A stretch of DNA of 32,000 nucleotides from Pseudomonas aeruginosa. Its GTDB lineage: Bacteria; Pseudomonadota; Gammaproteobacteria; Pseudomonadales; Pseudomonadaceae. The DNA is taken from NCBI RefSeq assembly GCF_001457615.1, contig NZ_LN831024.1, forward strand, positions 3,360,001 to 3,392,000, read 5' to 3'. Below are positions 1 to 10,503 of this stretch, one piece after another. Position numbers and translations under genes: made by a program. The notes below the pieces were generated by a model. It was not told the origin of the DNA and made no database searches. It saw only the letters and a program-made list of their open reading frames with translations. Each line of letters opens with the position of its first letter. Position 1 is the stretch's first letter.

Positions 1-97
1 AGGCATACCGCCTCCTCTGATCTTCTGGGATCGCCACCTTACCAGTGGCATGGGTTTCCTGGCGAAACTGCAATCCGCGCTGACAAATTCGCCAGCT

Positions 98-331
98 TCA
101 GTCGCCGCTCAGGCGCTGCAGTTCGCGACGCACCATGGCCGCGTATTCCGGCGGACGCAGGAGGTAGAGCTGGCCCGCGACCCAGTCCAGCCAGCGGCCG
201 CCCTGTTCGGCGCGGGCGTCGAGCAGGCGCCGCGCCTCTTCCTCCGCCCGTTGCCGGTGCTGCCGATGGAATGCCTGGCGCTTCGACAGACCGGAGGCAT
301 CTCCGGTTCGATCGTCGGGAGTGTCGGTCAT
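98..331 (-). CDS. small hypothetical protein (77 aa from the ATG at 331; an in-frame GTG at 355 would give 85 aa)
   Basis: ORF-track frame 98..355. Codons in this frame are overwhelmingly G/C-ending, as in neighbouring genes. The sequence is Arg/Glu-rich and helical (RQRAEEEARRLLDARAEQ). No family recognised. Confidence 0.45.
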   Translation of the reverse strand: MTDTPDDRTGDASGLSKRQAFHRQHRQRAEEEARRLLDARAEQGGRWLDWVAGQLYLLRPPEYAAMVRRELQRLSGD

Positions 332-515
332 GGCTCTCTTCGCAACCTGCTGCACAAGTCGGACATTCTAACCGCGGAACGCCGTTGCCGTTCGCGGCAA
401 GCGCTTGCCTCCGCCCCGCCCTGCGCCATGCGCCGAGCCCTCTGGCGCGGGGTTCGGCGACCTGGCACGGCCCTTGCGACGGAGCGGCGGTCATTCATTT
501 CCATGGAAGCAGGTC

Positions 516-1016
516 ATGAACAGCATAGGTCCCGCCAGCCTTTCCGGCTGGTCTGCGCGTTACCTGAACAACCAGCGGCAAGCCAACACCGAGATCGGCA
601 ACGGCGATCTGCTGAAACCGCGCCCCGCCCTTGGCACGCCATTGCGCAACGAGGCCGTCGATCCCGCCGCGGAGTCCGCCCGCCAGGCCATGGACGAGGG
701 TTTTGCGAAGCTGAACCTGACACTGAAGCAGAACCAGGCGAATGCCCCTGCCGGCGCCAGCGAAGGCAAGTCGGCCTATGACGAGTTCAAGGAGTACATG
801 CAGAAATCGCCTGCCGAGCGGATGCGCGAGCAGGTCCTGAAGAGCCTCGGCCTGACCGAGGAGGAACTGGACGCGATGCCGCCGGAGAAACGCGAACAGG
901 TGGAGAAAGGCATCGGCGAACGCATGCGCGAGATGATCGCCATGCAGAACGGCCAGGCGCCGGGACGGCAAGAGGACCCGACGCAGGCCCGCGCGACGCT
1001 GAACGCCTGGATCTGA
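516..1016 (+). CDS. hypothetical protein, 166 aa, Glu/Lys/Gln-rich, no TM segment
   Basis: The ATG at 516 lies in frame within ORF 405..1016 and is preceded by the purine-rich GGAAGCAGG. The sequence reads like a protein (SAYDEFKEYMQKSPAERMREQVLKSLGLTEEELDAMPPEKREQVEKG). No family recognised. Confidence 0.5.
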   Translation: MNSIGPASLSGWSARYLNNQRQANTEIGNGDLLKPRPALGTPLRNEAVDPAAESARQAMDEGFAKLNLTLKQNQANAPAGASEGKSAYDEFKEYMQKSPAERMREQVLKSLGLTEEELDAMPPEKREQVEKGIGERMREMIAMQNGQAPGRQEDPTQARATLNAWI

Positions 1017-1036
1017 GCCAGGCGCGCGCCAGTCTC

Positions 1037-1408
1037 TCAGCGCTGCCGGGCGACGACGCGCTTGGCGTAGCTGGCGCGCTCCATCTCGCGCACTTCGACG
1101 CTGACCTGCACGCCCTCCTCGCCGCCGCCCGCCACCGCTCCGGCGAGCACCTCGCAGAGCGACTCGCCCAGCGCCTGGCGGGTCGCCGCGTCGCGCCCGT
1201 CGAGGATCGACAGGCAGGCATGCAGGTAGGCGCGCTCGGCCGCCGCGGTTCCCTGCCGGTAGGCCTCCAGGGTGACGAAGCGCGACTTGATGTCCGCCTC
1301 GCCGAATTGCCCGGAAGCGAACAGCGCGGCATTGGCCTGCTCCAGCAGTTCGCCGGGGGACGTTTCGAGGCGGAGGTTGGCAGTGGCTTCGATGACGAGA
1401 TGCGGCAT
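1037..1408 (-). CDS. 5-carboxymethyl-2-hydroxymuconate isomerase-like protein (CHMI / tautomerase superfamily)
   Basis: Begins MPHLVIEATANL. Pro-1 after the initiator Met is the tautomerase hallmark, and the N-terminus resembles HpcD-type CHMI (MPHF...) as I recall it. At 123 aa it is the typical size. Confidence 0.72.
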   Translation of the reverse strand: MPHLVIEATANLRLETSPGELLEQANAALFASGQFGEADIKSRFVTLEAYRQGTAAAERAYLHACLSILDGRDAATRQALGESLCEVLAGAVAGGGEEGVQVSVEVREMERASYAKRVVARQR

Positions 1409-1690
1409 GCTGGCGGGCCTTGCGGGGAATGGGGAGCGGGATTCTAGCGGCTCGACGAGCGATGCGACAGCCGGCCTGCGCCTGCGTGGCTCAGATCAAC
1501 CCGGCGGCCGCGAAAACCCGCGCGTAGATGGCGCGGATCAGCGGCTCCTTGCACCGGTTGTAGTCCGCCACCCGTTGCTCGCCGCGCTTGGCGGCTGGCC
1601 GTCGACCCAGGGATTTTCCAGCGGGTCGCTGTCGTGATGACGGACAATATCGGCGGCACCGGGCATGGGCATTCCCTCCGGCGGGATCGT

Positions 1691-2026
1691 TCAGCGCGTC
1701 TCGCAGGCCTGCCGCTGGCCTTTGGCCGGCGTGTACAGGTAGCCGGGCGTGTCGCCCGCCTGGCGGTACAGGACCGAACCGTCGCTATAGGAAATCGCGC
1801 TCAGCGCCTGGCCATCGGCGAGGCTGCGGACATCGCCGCCCAGCGACTGGACGCTGCTGCCGTCGGGCAGCTTTAGACTGGCGAAACCGTCGATCACCTC
1901 GAGTTTGCCGAAGTCTCCGCAGTGCAACGCCAGCGGCCCGGAAGCGGCCTTTCCGTCCGACGATGAATCCCCGCAACCGCCCAGCAGCGACAGAACCAAC
2001 AACGCGGGGAGAACAGCGGGCTTCAT
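1691..2026 (-). CDS. small lipoprotein, function unknown
   Basis: Signal peptide MKPAVLPALLVLSLLGGC with lipobox L-G-G-C. An AAGGA RBS lies upstream of the ATG at 2026. 111 aa. Confidence 0.7.
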   Translation of the reverse strand: MKPAVLPALLVLSLLGGCGDSSSDGKAASGPLALHCGDFGKLEVIDGFASLKLPDGSSVQSLGGDVRSLADGQALSAISYSDGSVLYRQAGDTPGYLYTPAKGQRQACETR

Positions 2027-2329
2027 CGGGGAGTCCTTTGCGGATGAGCGGAAGACGGGACTCTACCACCTGCCGGGCAGCGGGAAAAACCGCTTCGGCG
2101 TACGCTGTCATGCAACGGCAGGCGCACCTGTGAGACAATTCGCCGAATGCCAGGCATCACACCCCGCCTTCATCGCGCTACAGCCACGTCATGACGCTGG
2201 CTGCGGCACTCCACGAATGCCCGCAGGATCGCCCCATGCTCCAGATGGAGCGCAGCGGAAAGCCGAGACCGGTAGCAGACCGGTATCGCCATGGTCCAGG
2301 CGTGCGTAAGTCCTCTATAGGTAAAGAAG

Positions 2330-3919
<1,590 letters not shown>

Positions 3920-3940
3920 GTCCCCGTCGCGCAACGCAAA

Positions 3941-3964
3941 AGCCCCGCATCCGCGGGGCTTTTT
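3941..3964. terminator. rho-independent terminator between convergent genes (bidirectional)
   Basis: AGCCCCGC-atcc-GCGGGGCT forms an 8-bp stem. It is followed by TTTT on the + strand and preceded by AAA, which gives a U-tract on the - strand. Confidence 0.75.
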
Positions 3965-4004
3965 CATTCCGGCATGGACGCGCAGGGCCTATGGGGAGCG
4001 CGAC

Positions 4005-4271
4005 TCAGTCGACGTAGCCGGCCATCATCGCCGCGCGGGTCGCCAGGCGCTGGCCCTCGGCGATCTTCTCGCGCTGTTCGGCGGTCAGCTCGCGGGGCGG
4101 GTGGTCCTTGATGTAGGCAGCCACGTTCACCCCGATGTAGACGATCAGGGCGGCGGCGATCAGGACGTTCTTCGGATTGATGTCCGAGCGCCGCTTGCAG
4201 GCTTCGCAGATGCCGTTCTCGACGAGACGGGTCGCTCGGGCGCCGCAGTTGCGGCAGTAACACGCGCTCAC
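4005..4271 (-). CDS. small zinc-ribbon plus single-TM protein, function unknown
   Basis: The GTG start at 4271 has an AAGGAA RBS 7 nt upstream. It has two CxxC pairs (CRNC...CEAC) and then the hydrophobic helix VLIAAALIVYIGVNVAAYI. 88 aa. Confidence 0.62.
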   Translation of the reverse strand: MSACYCRNCGARATRLVENGICEACKRRSDINPKNVLIAAALIVYIGVNVAAYIKDHPPRELTAEQREKIAEGQRLATRAAMMAGYVD

Positions 4272-4338
4272 AGGCCGGTTCCTTGTGCTTGTAATTGTCC
4301 GGCCAATCTACACGCAGCGCGCCGCTGCGCACAACGCG

Positions 4339-4362
4339 AAAACCCCGCCGAAGCGGGGTTTT
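4339..4362 (-). terminator. rho-independent terminator downstream of azoR
   Basis: AAAACCCCGC-cgaa-GCGGGGTTTT is a perfect hairpin. The flanking A/T runs give a U-tract on either strand. Confidence 0.7.
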
Positions 4363-4377
4363 CCGATGACGCGGGGA

Positions 4378-4986
4378 TCAGGCCGCGGCGAACTGCCCGG
4401 CGATCTGCCGGCGGGCGGCGGCGATGGCCTGGGCGCGGGGCTCCTCGCCATAGGCCAGGCCTTCGGCGCGAACCACTTCGATATCGGTGATGCCGAAGAA
4501 ACCCAGCACGGTGCGCAGGTAGCCTTCGTGGGCCGCGCCGGTCGGCTGGCCGGCATGCACGCCACCGGCGGTGGAGACGATCACCACTTTCTTGTCGCCG
4601 GCCAGGCCAACCGGGCCGTTCTCGGTGTAGCGGAAGGTCTTGCCGGCGACCGCGATGCGATCGATCCAGGCCTTGAGCTGGCTGGAGATGGTGAAGTTGT
4701 ACATCGGCGCGCCGATTACCACGACGTCGGCGGCGAGGAACTCTTCCAGCACTTCTTCACCCACCGCGACTTCATGCTTCAGCGCGGCATCGCGCAGCTC
4801 CGCCGGGGTGCTGCCGGCGGCCAGGGTCAGGGCGGAGAAATGCGCCACCGCGTCGGCGGCCAGGTCGCGGTAGGTGACGTCAAGCCCGTCTTCGTTCTGC
4901 CGCCAGGCCTGGACCAGCTCGGCGCTCAGTTGGCGGGAAGCGGAGGCGTCGCCGAGGATGCTGGAATCGATATGCAAAAGTTTCAT
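4378..4986 (-). CDS. azoR: FMN-dependent NADH-azoreductase
   Basis: [20 protein letters not shown] and [22 protein letters not shown] match AzoR/AcpD-family motifs. An AGGAG RBS precedes the ATG at 4986. 202 aa. Confidence 0.9.
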   Translation of the reverse strand: MKLLHIDSSILGDASASRQLSAELVQAWRQNEDGLDVTYRDLAADAVAHFSALTLAAGSTPAELRDAALKHEVAVGEEVLEEFLAADVVVIGAPMYNFTISSQLKAWIDRIAVAGKTFRYTENGPVGLAGDKKVVIVSTAGGVHAGQPTGAAHEGYLRTVLGFFGITDIEVVRAEGLAYGEEPRAQAIAAARRQIAGQFAAA

Positions 4987-5063
4987 GTCTCGCTCCTGAA
5001 AGTGGGGGATCGCAGTGTGGCGATCGAGTGGTTTGCATCCTACCGGCAAGGCCAATCGACGAT

Positions 5064-5084
5064 TAGTCGGTAGAAACATGACTA
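5064..5084. promoter_or_regulatory. inverted repeat TAGTC-N11-GACTA in the azoR/LysR divergent intergenic region (candidate regulator site)
   Basis: The dyad is seen directly, and it lies between divergent azoR and the LysR-type gene. The geometry is not a textbook T-N11-A box. Confidence 0.22.
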
Positions 5085-5134
5085 TTCGTCCCACACATAG
5101 GACAATCTGTTTTTCCCCCCAGCGGAGCGCCTGC

Positions 5135-6070
5135 ATGCCCCACGACCTCAACGACCTCTACTACTTCGCCAAGGTGGTGGAATGCGGCGGCTTCGCCGCG
5201 GCCGGACGCGAGACGGGGATTCCCAAGTCGCGCCTGTCGCGGCGCATCGCCGAGCTGGAGGAGCGCCTTCAGGTGCGCCTGCTGCACCGCACGACACGCA
5301 AGCTGGCGCTCACGGAGGTCGGCGAACGCTACCTGCAGCACTGCCGCAACCTGCTGCTGGAAGCGGAGATGGCCGAACAGGTGATCGCCGAGCTGAGCGT
5401 CGAGCCGCGTGGCCGGCTGCGCCTTTCCGCACCGGTGGCCATGGCTTCGAGCAACCTGGCCGACCTGTTGCCGCGGTTTCTCGAACGACACCCGCAGGTC
5501 CAGCTGGAAATCCTCCTGACCAACCGCCGGGTCGACCTGCTCAACGAGGGGGTGGACGTGGCACTGCGCGTGCGCGAACTCGGCGACGAGGACCCTGCGC
5601 TGGTCTGCCGGCGCCTGGCTCCGGCGACCACGCAGATCCTCGCCGCCCCGTCGCTGATCGCCGGGCGTCGCCTGGAACATCCGGAAGACCTCGAAGACCT
5701 GCCCTTCCTCGGCGCTATTCATAACGACCGCAAGGTCCACGCGACCCTGATCGGGCCGGATGGCAGCCGCTACCAGTTGGAACGCGAACCGCGCCTGGGC
5801 GTCGACGACTTCGTCCTGCGCAAGAAAGCCGCCGTGGCCGGCCTCGGCGTCACCCTGCTGCCCGAAGGCTACTGCGACAGGGAACTGGCCGATGGCAGCC
5901 TGGTGCGCATCCTGCCGCAGTGGACCTTGCCGAAAAGCACCATGCAGGCCGCCTACCTGCCGCGCAGCAGCCAGATTCCGGCGATCCGTGCTTTGATCGA
6001 CTTTCTCGTGGAAGCCCTGCAACGCCCCTCGGGCGAGACCGGCCCGGCCTACCGCCGCGCCCGCGAGTGA
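5135..6070 (+). CDS. LysR-family transcriptional regulator
   Basis: The N-terminal wHTH is [54 protein letters not shown]. The C-terminal half resembles a LysR substrate-binding domain. A GGAG RBS precedes the ATG at 5135. The gene is divergent from azoR. Confidence 0.9.
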   Translation: MPHDLNDLYYFAKVVECGGFAAAGRETGIPKSRLSRRIAELEERLQVRLLHRTTRKLALTEVGERYLQHCRNLLLEAEMAEQVIAELSVEPRGRLRLSAPVAMASSNLADLLPRFLERHPQVQLEILLTNRRVDLLNEGVDVALRVRELGDEDPALVCRRLAPATTQILAAPSLIAGRRLEHPEDLEDLPFLGAIHNDRKVHATLIGPDGSRYQLEREPRLGVDDFVLRKKAAVAGLGVTLLPEGYCDRELADGSLVRILPQWTLPKSTMQAAYLPRSSQIPAIRALIDFLVEALQRPSGETGPAYRRARE

Positions 6071-6080
6071 GCCGCGCCGT

Positions 6081-6764
6081 TCAGCCGATCCGCTGCAACA
6101 GCGCGGCGGACAGGCGCCCGCCGAGCAGGCTGTCGAGCCAGAACAGCTGGTGCAGCAGGACGATGCCCCAGAACACCAGTTGGAACGAGAGCTTGCGGGT
6201 CTTGTGGCGGAATACCTGCTGCGCGACCAGCGCGCCAGGCCAGCCGCCGAGCAGCTCGAACAGGTGCAGGCGGACCTCCGGGGTACGCCAGTCGCCGCGT
6301 GCGGCGCTGCGCTTGTCCCGCCAGTAGAGGGCGAATGCGAGCAGGCTGGCCAGCGGATAGGCCAGCAGCGGCCAGAGGGCCTGTCCGTCCAGGTACATCC
6401 GCCAGGCGCCAGCGGCCGGCAGCACGCAGAGGATCAGCAGGACCAGCAGCTTCGCCAACGGGCGCTGCAACGCGCTCGGCGGAGTCGGCGCCGGCCGCGC
6501 CTGGGCCCGCGTCACCGGCGCCTGGGCGCCACGGCGGACAGTCGGCGGATCGATGGTCAGCGCGTCCAGCCGCGCCCTCTCGGCGCGCAGGCGGCCCTGG
6601 GCATCCTGGCTGGCGAGAAACCACACCTGGTCGCCCTGGCGGGGACGGCGGTCGCCGCGGAACGCGGAGATATGCAGGAAGACTTCTTCCCCGCCGGTCT
6701 TCGGCAGGATGAAGCCGAAGCCCTTGTCGTCATACCAGCGGCTGATCATGCCCGGCTTTTCCAT
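6081..6764 (-). CDS. cold-shock-domain protein fused to a DUF1294-type membrane domain
   Basis: The N-terminal CSD is MISRWYDDKGFGFILPKTGGEEVFLHISAF. A Pro/Ala-rich linker follows, then the hydrophobic segments LLVLLILCVLPAAG, LWPLLAYPLASLLAFALYW and LVFWGIVLLHQLFWL. The start is ambiguous (ATG at 6764, 6749 or 6812). Confidence 0.8.
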   Translation of the reverse strand: MEKPGMISRWYDDKGFGFILPKTGGEEVFLHISAFRGDRRPRQGDQVWFLASQDAQGRLRAERARLDALTIDPPTVRRGAQAPVTRAQARPAPTPPSALQRPLAKLLVLLILCVLPAAGAWRMYLDGQALWPLLAYPLASLLAFALYWRDKRSAARGDWRTPEVRLHLFELLGGWPGALVAQQVFRHKTRKLSFQLVFWGIVLLHQLFWLDSLLGGRLSAALLQRIG

Positions 6765-6827
6765 ATCCACATCCACTCGCTCGCTACCCGTTTCGCGCTG
6801 CATTCTAGCCACCCGCGGCGGCCAGAC

Positions 6828-6858
6828 GAAAAAAGGCGCGGCTCGCGCCGCGCCTCTT
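6828..6858 (-). terminator. rho-independent terminator downstream of uppP
   Basis: GGCGCGGC-tcgc-GCCGCGCC forms an 8-bp GC stem (6835..6854). An A6 run on the + strand gives U6 on the - strand immediately 3' of the stem. Confidence 0.75.
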
Positions 6859-6873
6859 GCCTGTTCCCGGGCC

Positions 6874-7707
6874 TCACACCTCGCCGGCGGTGCTCCAGTC
6901 GATCAGGTGGAATTGCCAGGTCGCCAGGATCAGCAGGCCGAAGGCGATCCGATACCAGGCGAAAGCCGCGTAGCTGTGGTTGCCGATGAACTTCAGCAAG
7001 GCACGCACCGCCAGCATGGCGAAGACGAACGAGGTGACGAAGCCGACGGCGAACACCGGCAGGTCCTCGGGGCGGAACAGGTCGCGGTACACGTATCCGG
7101 AATAGACCGCCGCGCCGACCATGGTCGGCATCGCCAGGAAGAACGAGAACTCGGTGGCCGCCTTGCGCGAAAGGCCGAACAGCAGGCCGCCGATGATGGT
7201 CGCGCCGGACCGCGAGGTGCCGGGGATCATCGCCAGGCACTGGGCACAGCCGATCTTCAGGGCGTCCTTCCAGGTCATGTCGTCGACGTGTTCGGCGCGG
7301 ATCACATGCTTCCGGCGCTCGGCCCAGAGCATGACCACCCCACCCACCACCAGCGCCAGGGCAACGGTGATCGGATTGAACAGCCACTCGTGGATCAGGT
7401 CGGCGAACAGGACGCCGAGGACTACCGCCGGGAAGAACGCGATCAGCAGGTTGGCGGTGAAACGCTGGGCCTGGCGCTGGCTCGGCAGGTCACGGACGAC
7501 TTGAAAGATCTTTCCCCGAAATTCCCAGACGACAGCGAGGATCGCCGCCAGCTGGATGATGATGTTGAACGCCTTGGCGCGTTCGCCGCCGAAGCCGATG
7601 AGGTCGGCGACGATGATCTGGTGCCCGGTGCTGGAAATCGGCAGGAACTCGGTCAGCCCCTCCACGACGCCCAGGATGAACGCCTGGAAAGCAGTCCACC
7701 ACTCCAT
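6874..7707 (-). CDS. uppP: undecaprenyl-diphosphate phosphatase
   Basis: [32 protein letters not shown] carries the BacA/UppP signature [10 protein letters not shown], and [10 protein letters not shown] is also present. The protein is polytopic. A GGGGGAG RBS precedes the ATG at 7707. Confidence 0.93.
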   Translation of the reverse strand: MEWWTAFQAFILGVVEGLTEFLPISSTGHQIIVADLIGFGGERAKAFNIIIQLAAILAVVWEFRGKIFQVVRDLPSQRQAQRFTANLLIAFFPAVVLGVLFADLIHEWLFNPITVALALVVGGVVMLWAERRKHVIRAEHVDDMTWKDALKIGCAQCLAMIPGTSRSGATIIGGLLFGLSRKAATEFSFFLAMPTMVGAAVYSGYVYRDLFRPEDLPVFAVGFVTSFVFAMLAVRALLKFIGNHSYAAFAWYRIAFGLLILATWQFHLIDWSTAGEV

Positions 7708-7990
7708 GTTTCTCCCCCTTCTACTACTGTCCCGAACGAGCTTTCGTTGTTCTCGGCGATACACTCGCCGTCTTTTATGAAGGCCTTACGACTCCGAAGA
7801 ACCCGACCAGTTCCCCCACTGCCGAAGTCGAAACCGGCGGGCATGCTACCAGAGCGGCCGGCCAGGAATCTTGGAATTCTTGCCAGCCGGCGTCTGAACA
7901 AATCTGTCCGCGCCCGTCCCCTCCGCCCTGGTCTTCGCGAAGCGCCGGATACATTCGCTACAATGCGTCCTCGTCGCATGAGGGCCTTCC

Positions 7991-8566
7991 GTGTCACCCC
8001 TTGAACTCTTCGCCGCTTCGCTCGGCGCCATCGCCGTCTACCTGACCGTCCGCCAGAATCCCTGGTGCTGGCCTATCGGCCTGGTGATGGTGGCGCTCTA
8101 CGCCTGGATATTCTTCGAGGTGAAGCTTTATTCGGACATGCTCCTGCAAATGGTCTACGCGGCGCTACAGCTCTATGGCTGGTGGCAGTGGACCCGCGGC
8201 GGGCAGGACCACGACGGCCGCTCGGTGAGCCGCCTGAACGCCGCGCAGCGCCTCTACGGGCTCGGTGCGGGCCTGGTCGGCAGCGTCGCGCTCGGTTACC
8301 TGATGGCCAACCACACCGATGCCGCCAGTCCCTGGTGGGACGCCGGATTGACCGCCTTCAGCCTGGTGGCGCAATGCTGGATGGCGCAGAAGCGCCTGGA
8401 ATGCTGGGCCCTGTGGATCGCCGTAGACGTGCTGTTCGTGGCGCTCTTCGCCAGCAAGGCGCTGTACCTGACCGCCGCCCTCTACGCCCTCTTCACCCTG
8501 CTGGCGATCCACGGCTGGCGGACCTGGCGCCGCGACCCGGCATTGCGCGAGGGCGTCGCCGCATGA
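7991..8566 (+). CDS. pnuC: nicotinamide riboside transporter PnuC
   Basis: GTG start at 7991. It is a multi-TM protein with PnuC-like WxxW motifs (LQLYGWWQWTRGG, PWWDAGLTAFSLVAQCWMAQKRLECW). Its stop overlaps the next start (ATGA at 8563..8566). Confidence 0.85.
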   Translation: MSPLELFAASLGAIAVYLTVRQNPWCWPIGLVMVALYAWIFFEVKLYSDMLLQMVYAALQLYGWWQWTRGGQDHDGRSVSRLNAAQRLYGLGAGLVGSVALGYLMANHTDAASPWWDAGLTAFSLVAQCWMAQKRLECWALWIAVDVLFVALFASKALYLTAALYALFTLLAIHGWRTWRRDPALREGVAA

Positions 8567-9090
8567 AGGTGCTGGTACTCACCGGGCCCGAATCCAGCGG
8601 CAAGAGCTGGCTTGCGGAGCAGCTCCAGGCCCGCTTCGGCGGCCGGGTGGTCGGCGAGTACGTCCGCCACTTCATCGACGAACAGCGCCGCGACACCTGC
8701 TACGCCGACATCCCCGCCATCGCCCGCGGGCAACTGGCCTGGGAGGACGCCGCTCGCGCGGAACGGCCGGCGCTGCTGATCCTCGATACCCACCTGCTGA
8801 GCAACATCCTCTGGAGCCGGATTCTCTTCGGCGACTGTCCGGACTGGCTCGAACCCGCCCTGCTGCGGCGGCGCTACGACCTGCACCTGCTGCTCTCGCC
8901 GGAAGGCGTGGCCTGGAGCGCCGACGGCCAGCGCTGCCAGCCGGAACTGGCGCAGCGCCAGGCCTTCCACCGCGAATGCCAAGCCTGGCTGGAGCGGCAT
9001 CGGCAGCCCTACCGCGCCATCGCCGGCGACTGGGCCGAGCGCCGGCGCCAGGCTTTCGCCGCAGTGCAAGGACTGCTCCAGGACGGCTGA
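8563..9090 (+). CDS. NadR-type ribosylnicotinamide-kinase-like P-loop ATPase (stand-alone kinase domain)
   Basis: MKVLVLTGPESSGKSWLAEQL carries a Walker A motif. It is translationally coupled to pnuC. At 175 aa its size and context fit the C-terminal RNK domain of NadR. Confidence 0.75.
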   Translation: MKVLVLTGPESSGKSWLAEQLQARFGGRVVGEYVRHFIDEQRRDTCYADIPAIARGQLAWEDAARAERPALLILDTHLLSNILWSRILFGDCPDWLEPALLRRRYDLHLLLSPEGVAWSADGQRCQPELAQRQAFHRECQAWLERHRQPYRAIAGDWAERRRQAFAAVQGLLQDG

Positions 9091-9392
9091 AGGGCCGGCC
9101 CTGTCACGCCAGCGATACACCGCCAGCACAGTCCGGCCCTTGGCGCAGAGCGTTTCGCGACGGCGCCGCGGAAAGCTGTCTCGGCGCTGAAACAGCTCCG
9201 GGCGCGTCCCCGGCAGGCTTGACCCCATGGTCGGCGGGCCTGCTGTTGCACGGATGCAACACTGTCCGCCAGGTTCCCCCGGCGCTCACCTCCAAGCCCT
9301 TGATTGACAAGGAAAACGCAAAACCGGCACGCCCCATGCTCGCTCCCTGCCAACGCTGATTAGGGCTCAGCGCCAACGAAGGAAGCGCCATC

Positions 9393-9881
9393 ATGTCGGG
9401 GAGTTCGCTACGCATCGTCGTTCCAGCGCTGCTGGTCATCGTCGGCTCCGTGCCGGTGAGCCTCCCCGCGCATGCGGCGGACGGTACGATCGTCGTCCAG
9501 CGCCAGGTCCAGCCACGGGTCGCCTACCGTCCGAGCATGGTGCCCGACCCACATCCCACCGTCGTCGACACCAACGTCTCCGCCGAGGTCAACGCCCTCG
9601 CCAACGGGGCGGCCAGCGGCAATACCGTGAGCCGCGAACTGGGCGATGCCGACTTCGCCATCGTGACCAGCGGTTCCGGGATTCGCAGCATGATTCTCAC
9701 CGGAAGCGCCCTGCCGGGTTTCGCCAGCCAGCCGGCGAACCCGGCGACGGTCCAGGCCGTCGGCAACCTCGGCACCACCCACGGCGCGGGAGGCGGCGCC
9801 GGCGCAGGCCTCGCCGGGCAGATCAACGGCAGCCTCAAGCAGGGCCTGGCACCGCTGCAGATGCTCGGGGGTGGTCAATGA
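9393..9881 (+). CDS. fapA: functional amyloid accessory protein FapA
   Basis: It is the first gene of a six-gene cluster with the canonical fap order. A signal peptide ends at AHA|AD. An AAGGAAG RBS is present. The stop overlaps the fapB start (ATGA). Confidence 0.82.
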
Positions 9882-10447
9882 AGCGCCTGTCCGCCCTCCT
9901 CCTCGCCTTCGCCTGTATCGCGTCGCTCCAGGCCGACCCGCTGGCCTCACGCAATCGCGCCAGCATCGATGACAGCGGCACCTACCGCGGCAACTTCGCC
10001 CTCAACCAGGCCGCCGGCGACGCCCAGCAACAGAGCAACGTTCGTGTCGTCGCGGTAGGCTCCGCGGCCCTCGTCGGCAGCGACCAGCGCCAGCATCTGC
10101 AACTCGACGCCAGCCAGCCGATCGCAGCCAGCGCCAGCATCTCGGGGGCGGCGCTGCGCGGCAGCGGCATCCTCGGCGTCAACCAGGGCGCCGGCCTCGG
10201 CAACCAACAGATCAACGCCTTCCGGCTGAGTCTCAGCAACGGCCCGGAAAGCCTGGATGACAGCGTTCTCGCGCAAAGCGTGGCGCTGACCAAAGTCTCC
10301 GGTTCGGCCACTCCGGTCCCGGGGGGACGCAGCGTCTCGACGGACGATCGCGCCTTCGCCGGGAGCAGCGGCGTGGTGCAGGTGAACCAGAGCGCTGGGG
10401 TGGGCAATCAGTCGATGAACACCCTCAGCGTCAGGGTCATGGAATGA
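9878..10447 (+). CDS. fapB: functional amyloid nucleator subunit FapB
   Basis: It has a signal peptide plus three imperfect Asn/Gln/Gly repeats ([42 protein letters not shown]) related to the FapC repeats. Confidence 0.87.
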
Positions 10448-10503
10448 CTCTGCCAAGCCAACACAAGCCCAACACTAAGCACAGAAATGCAAGGAGAAAC
10501 GCC

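Noticed and set aside
9272-9287. GG-N10-GC with correct spacing upstream of fapA
   Set aside because: Only the invariant dinucleotides match. In ~67% GC DNA this occurs frequently by chance, and there is no flanking consensus.
9304-9309. Perfect TTGACA -35 hexamer 84 nt upstream of fapA
   Set aside because: There is no acceptable -10 hexamer at 16-19 nt spacing (GCACGC at 17 nt), so I cannot call a promoter from it alone.
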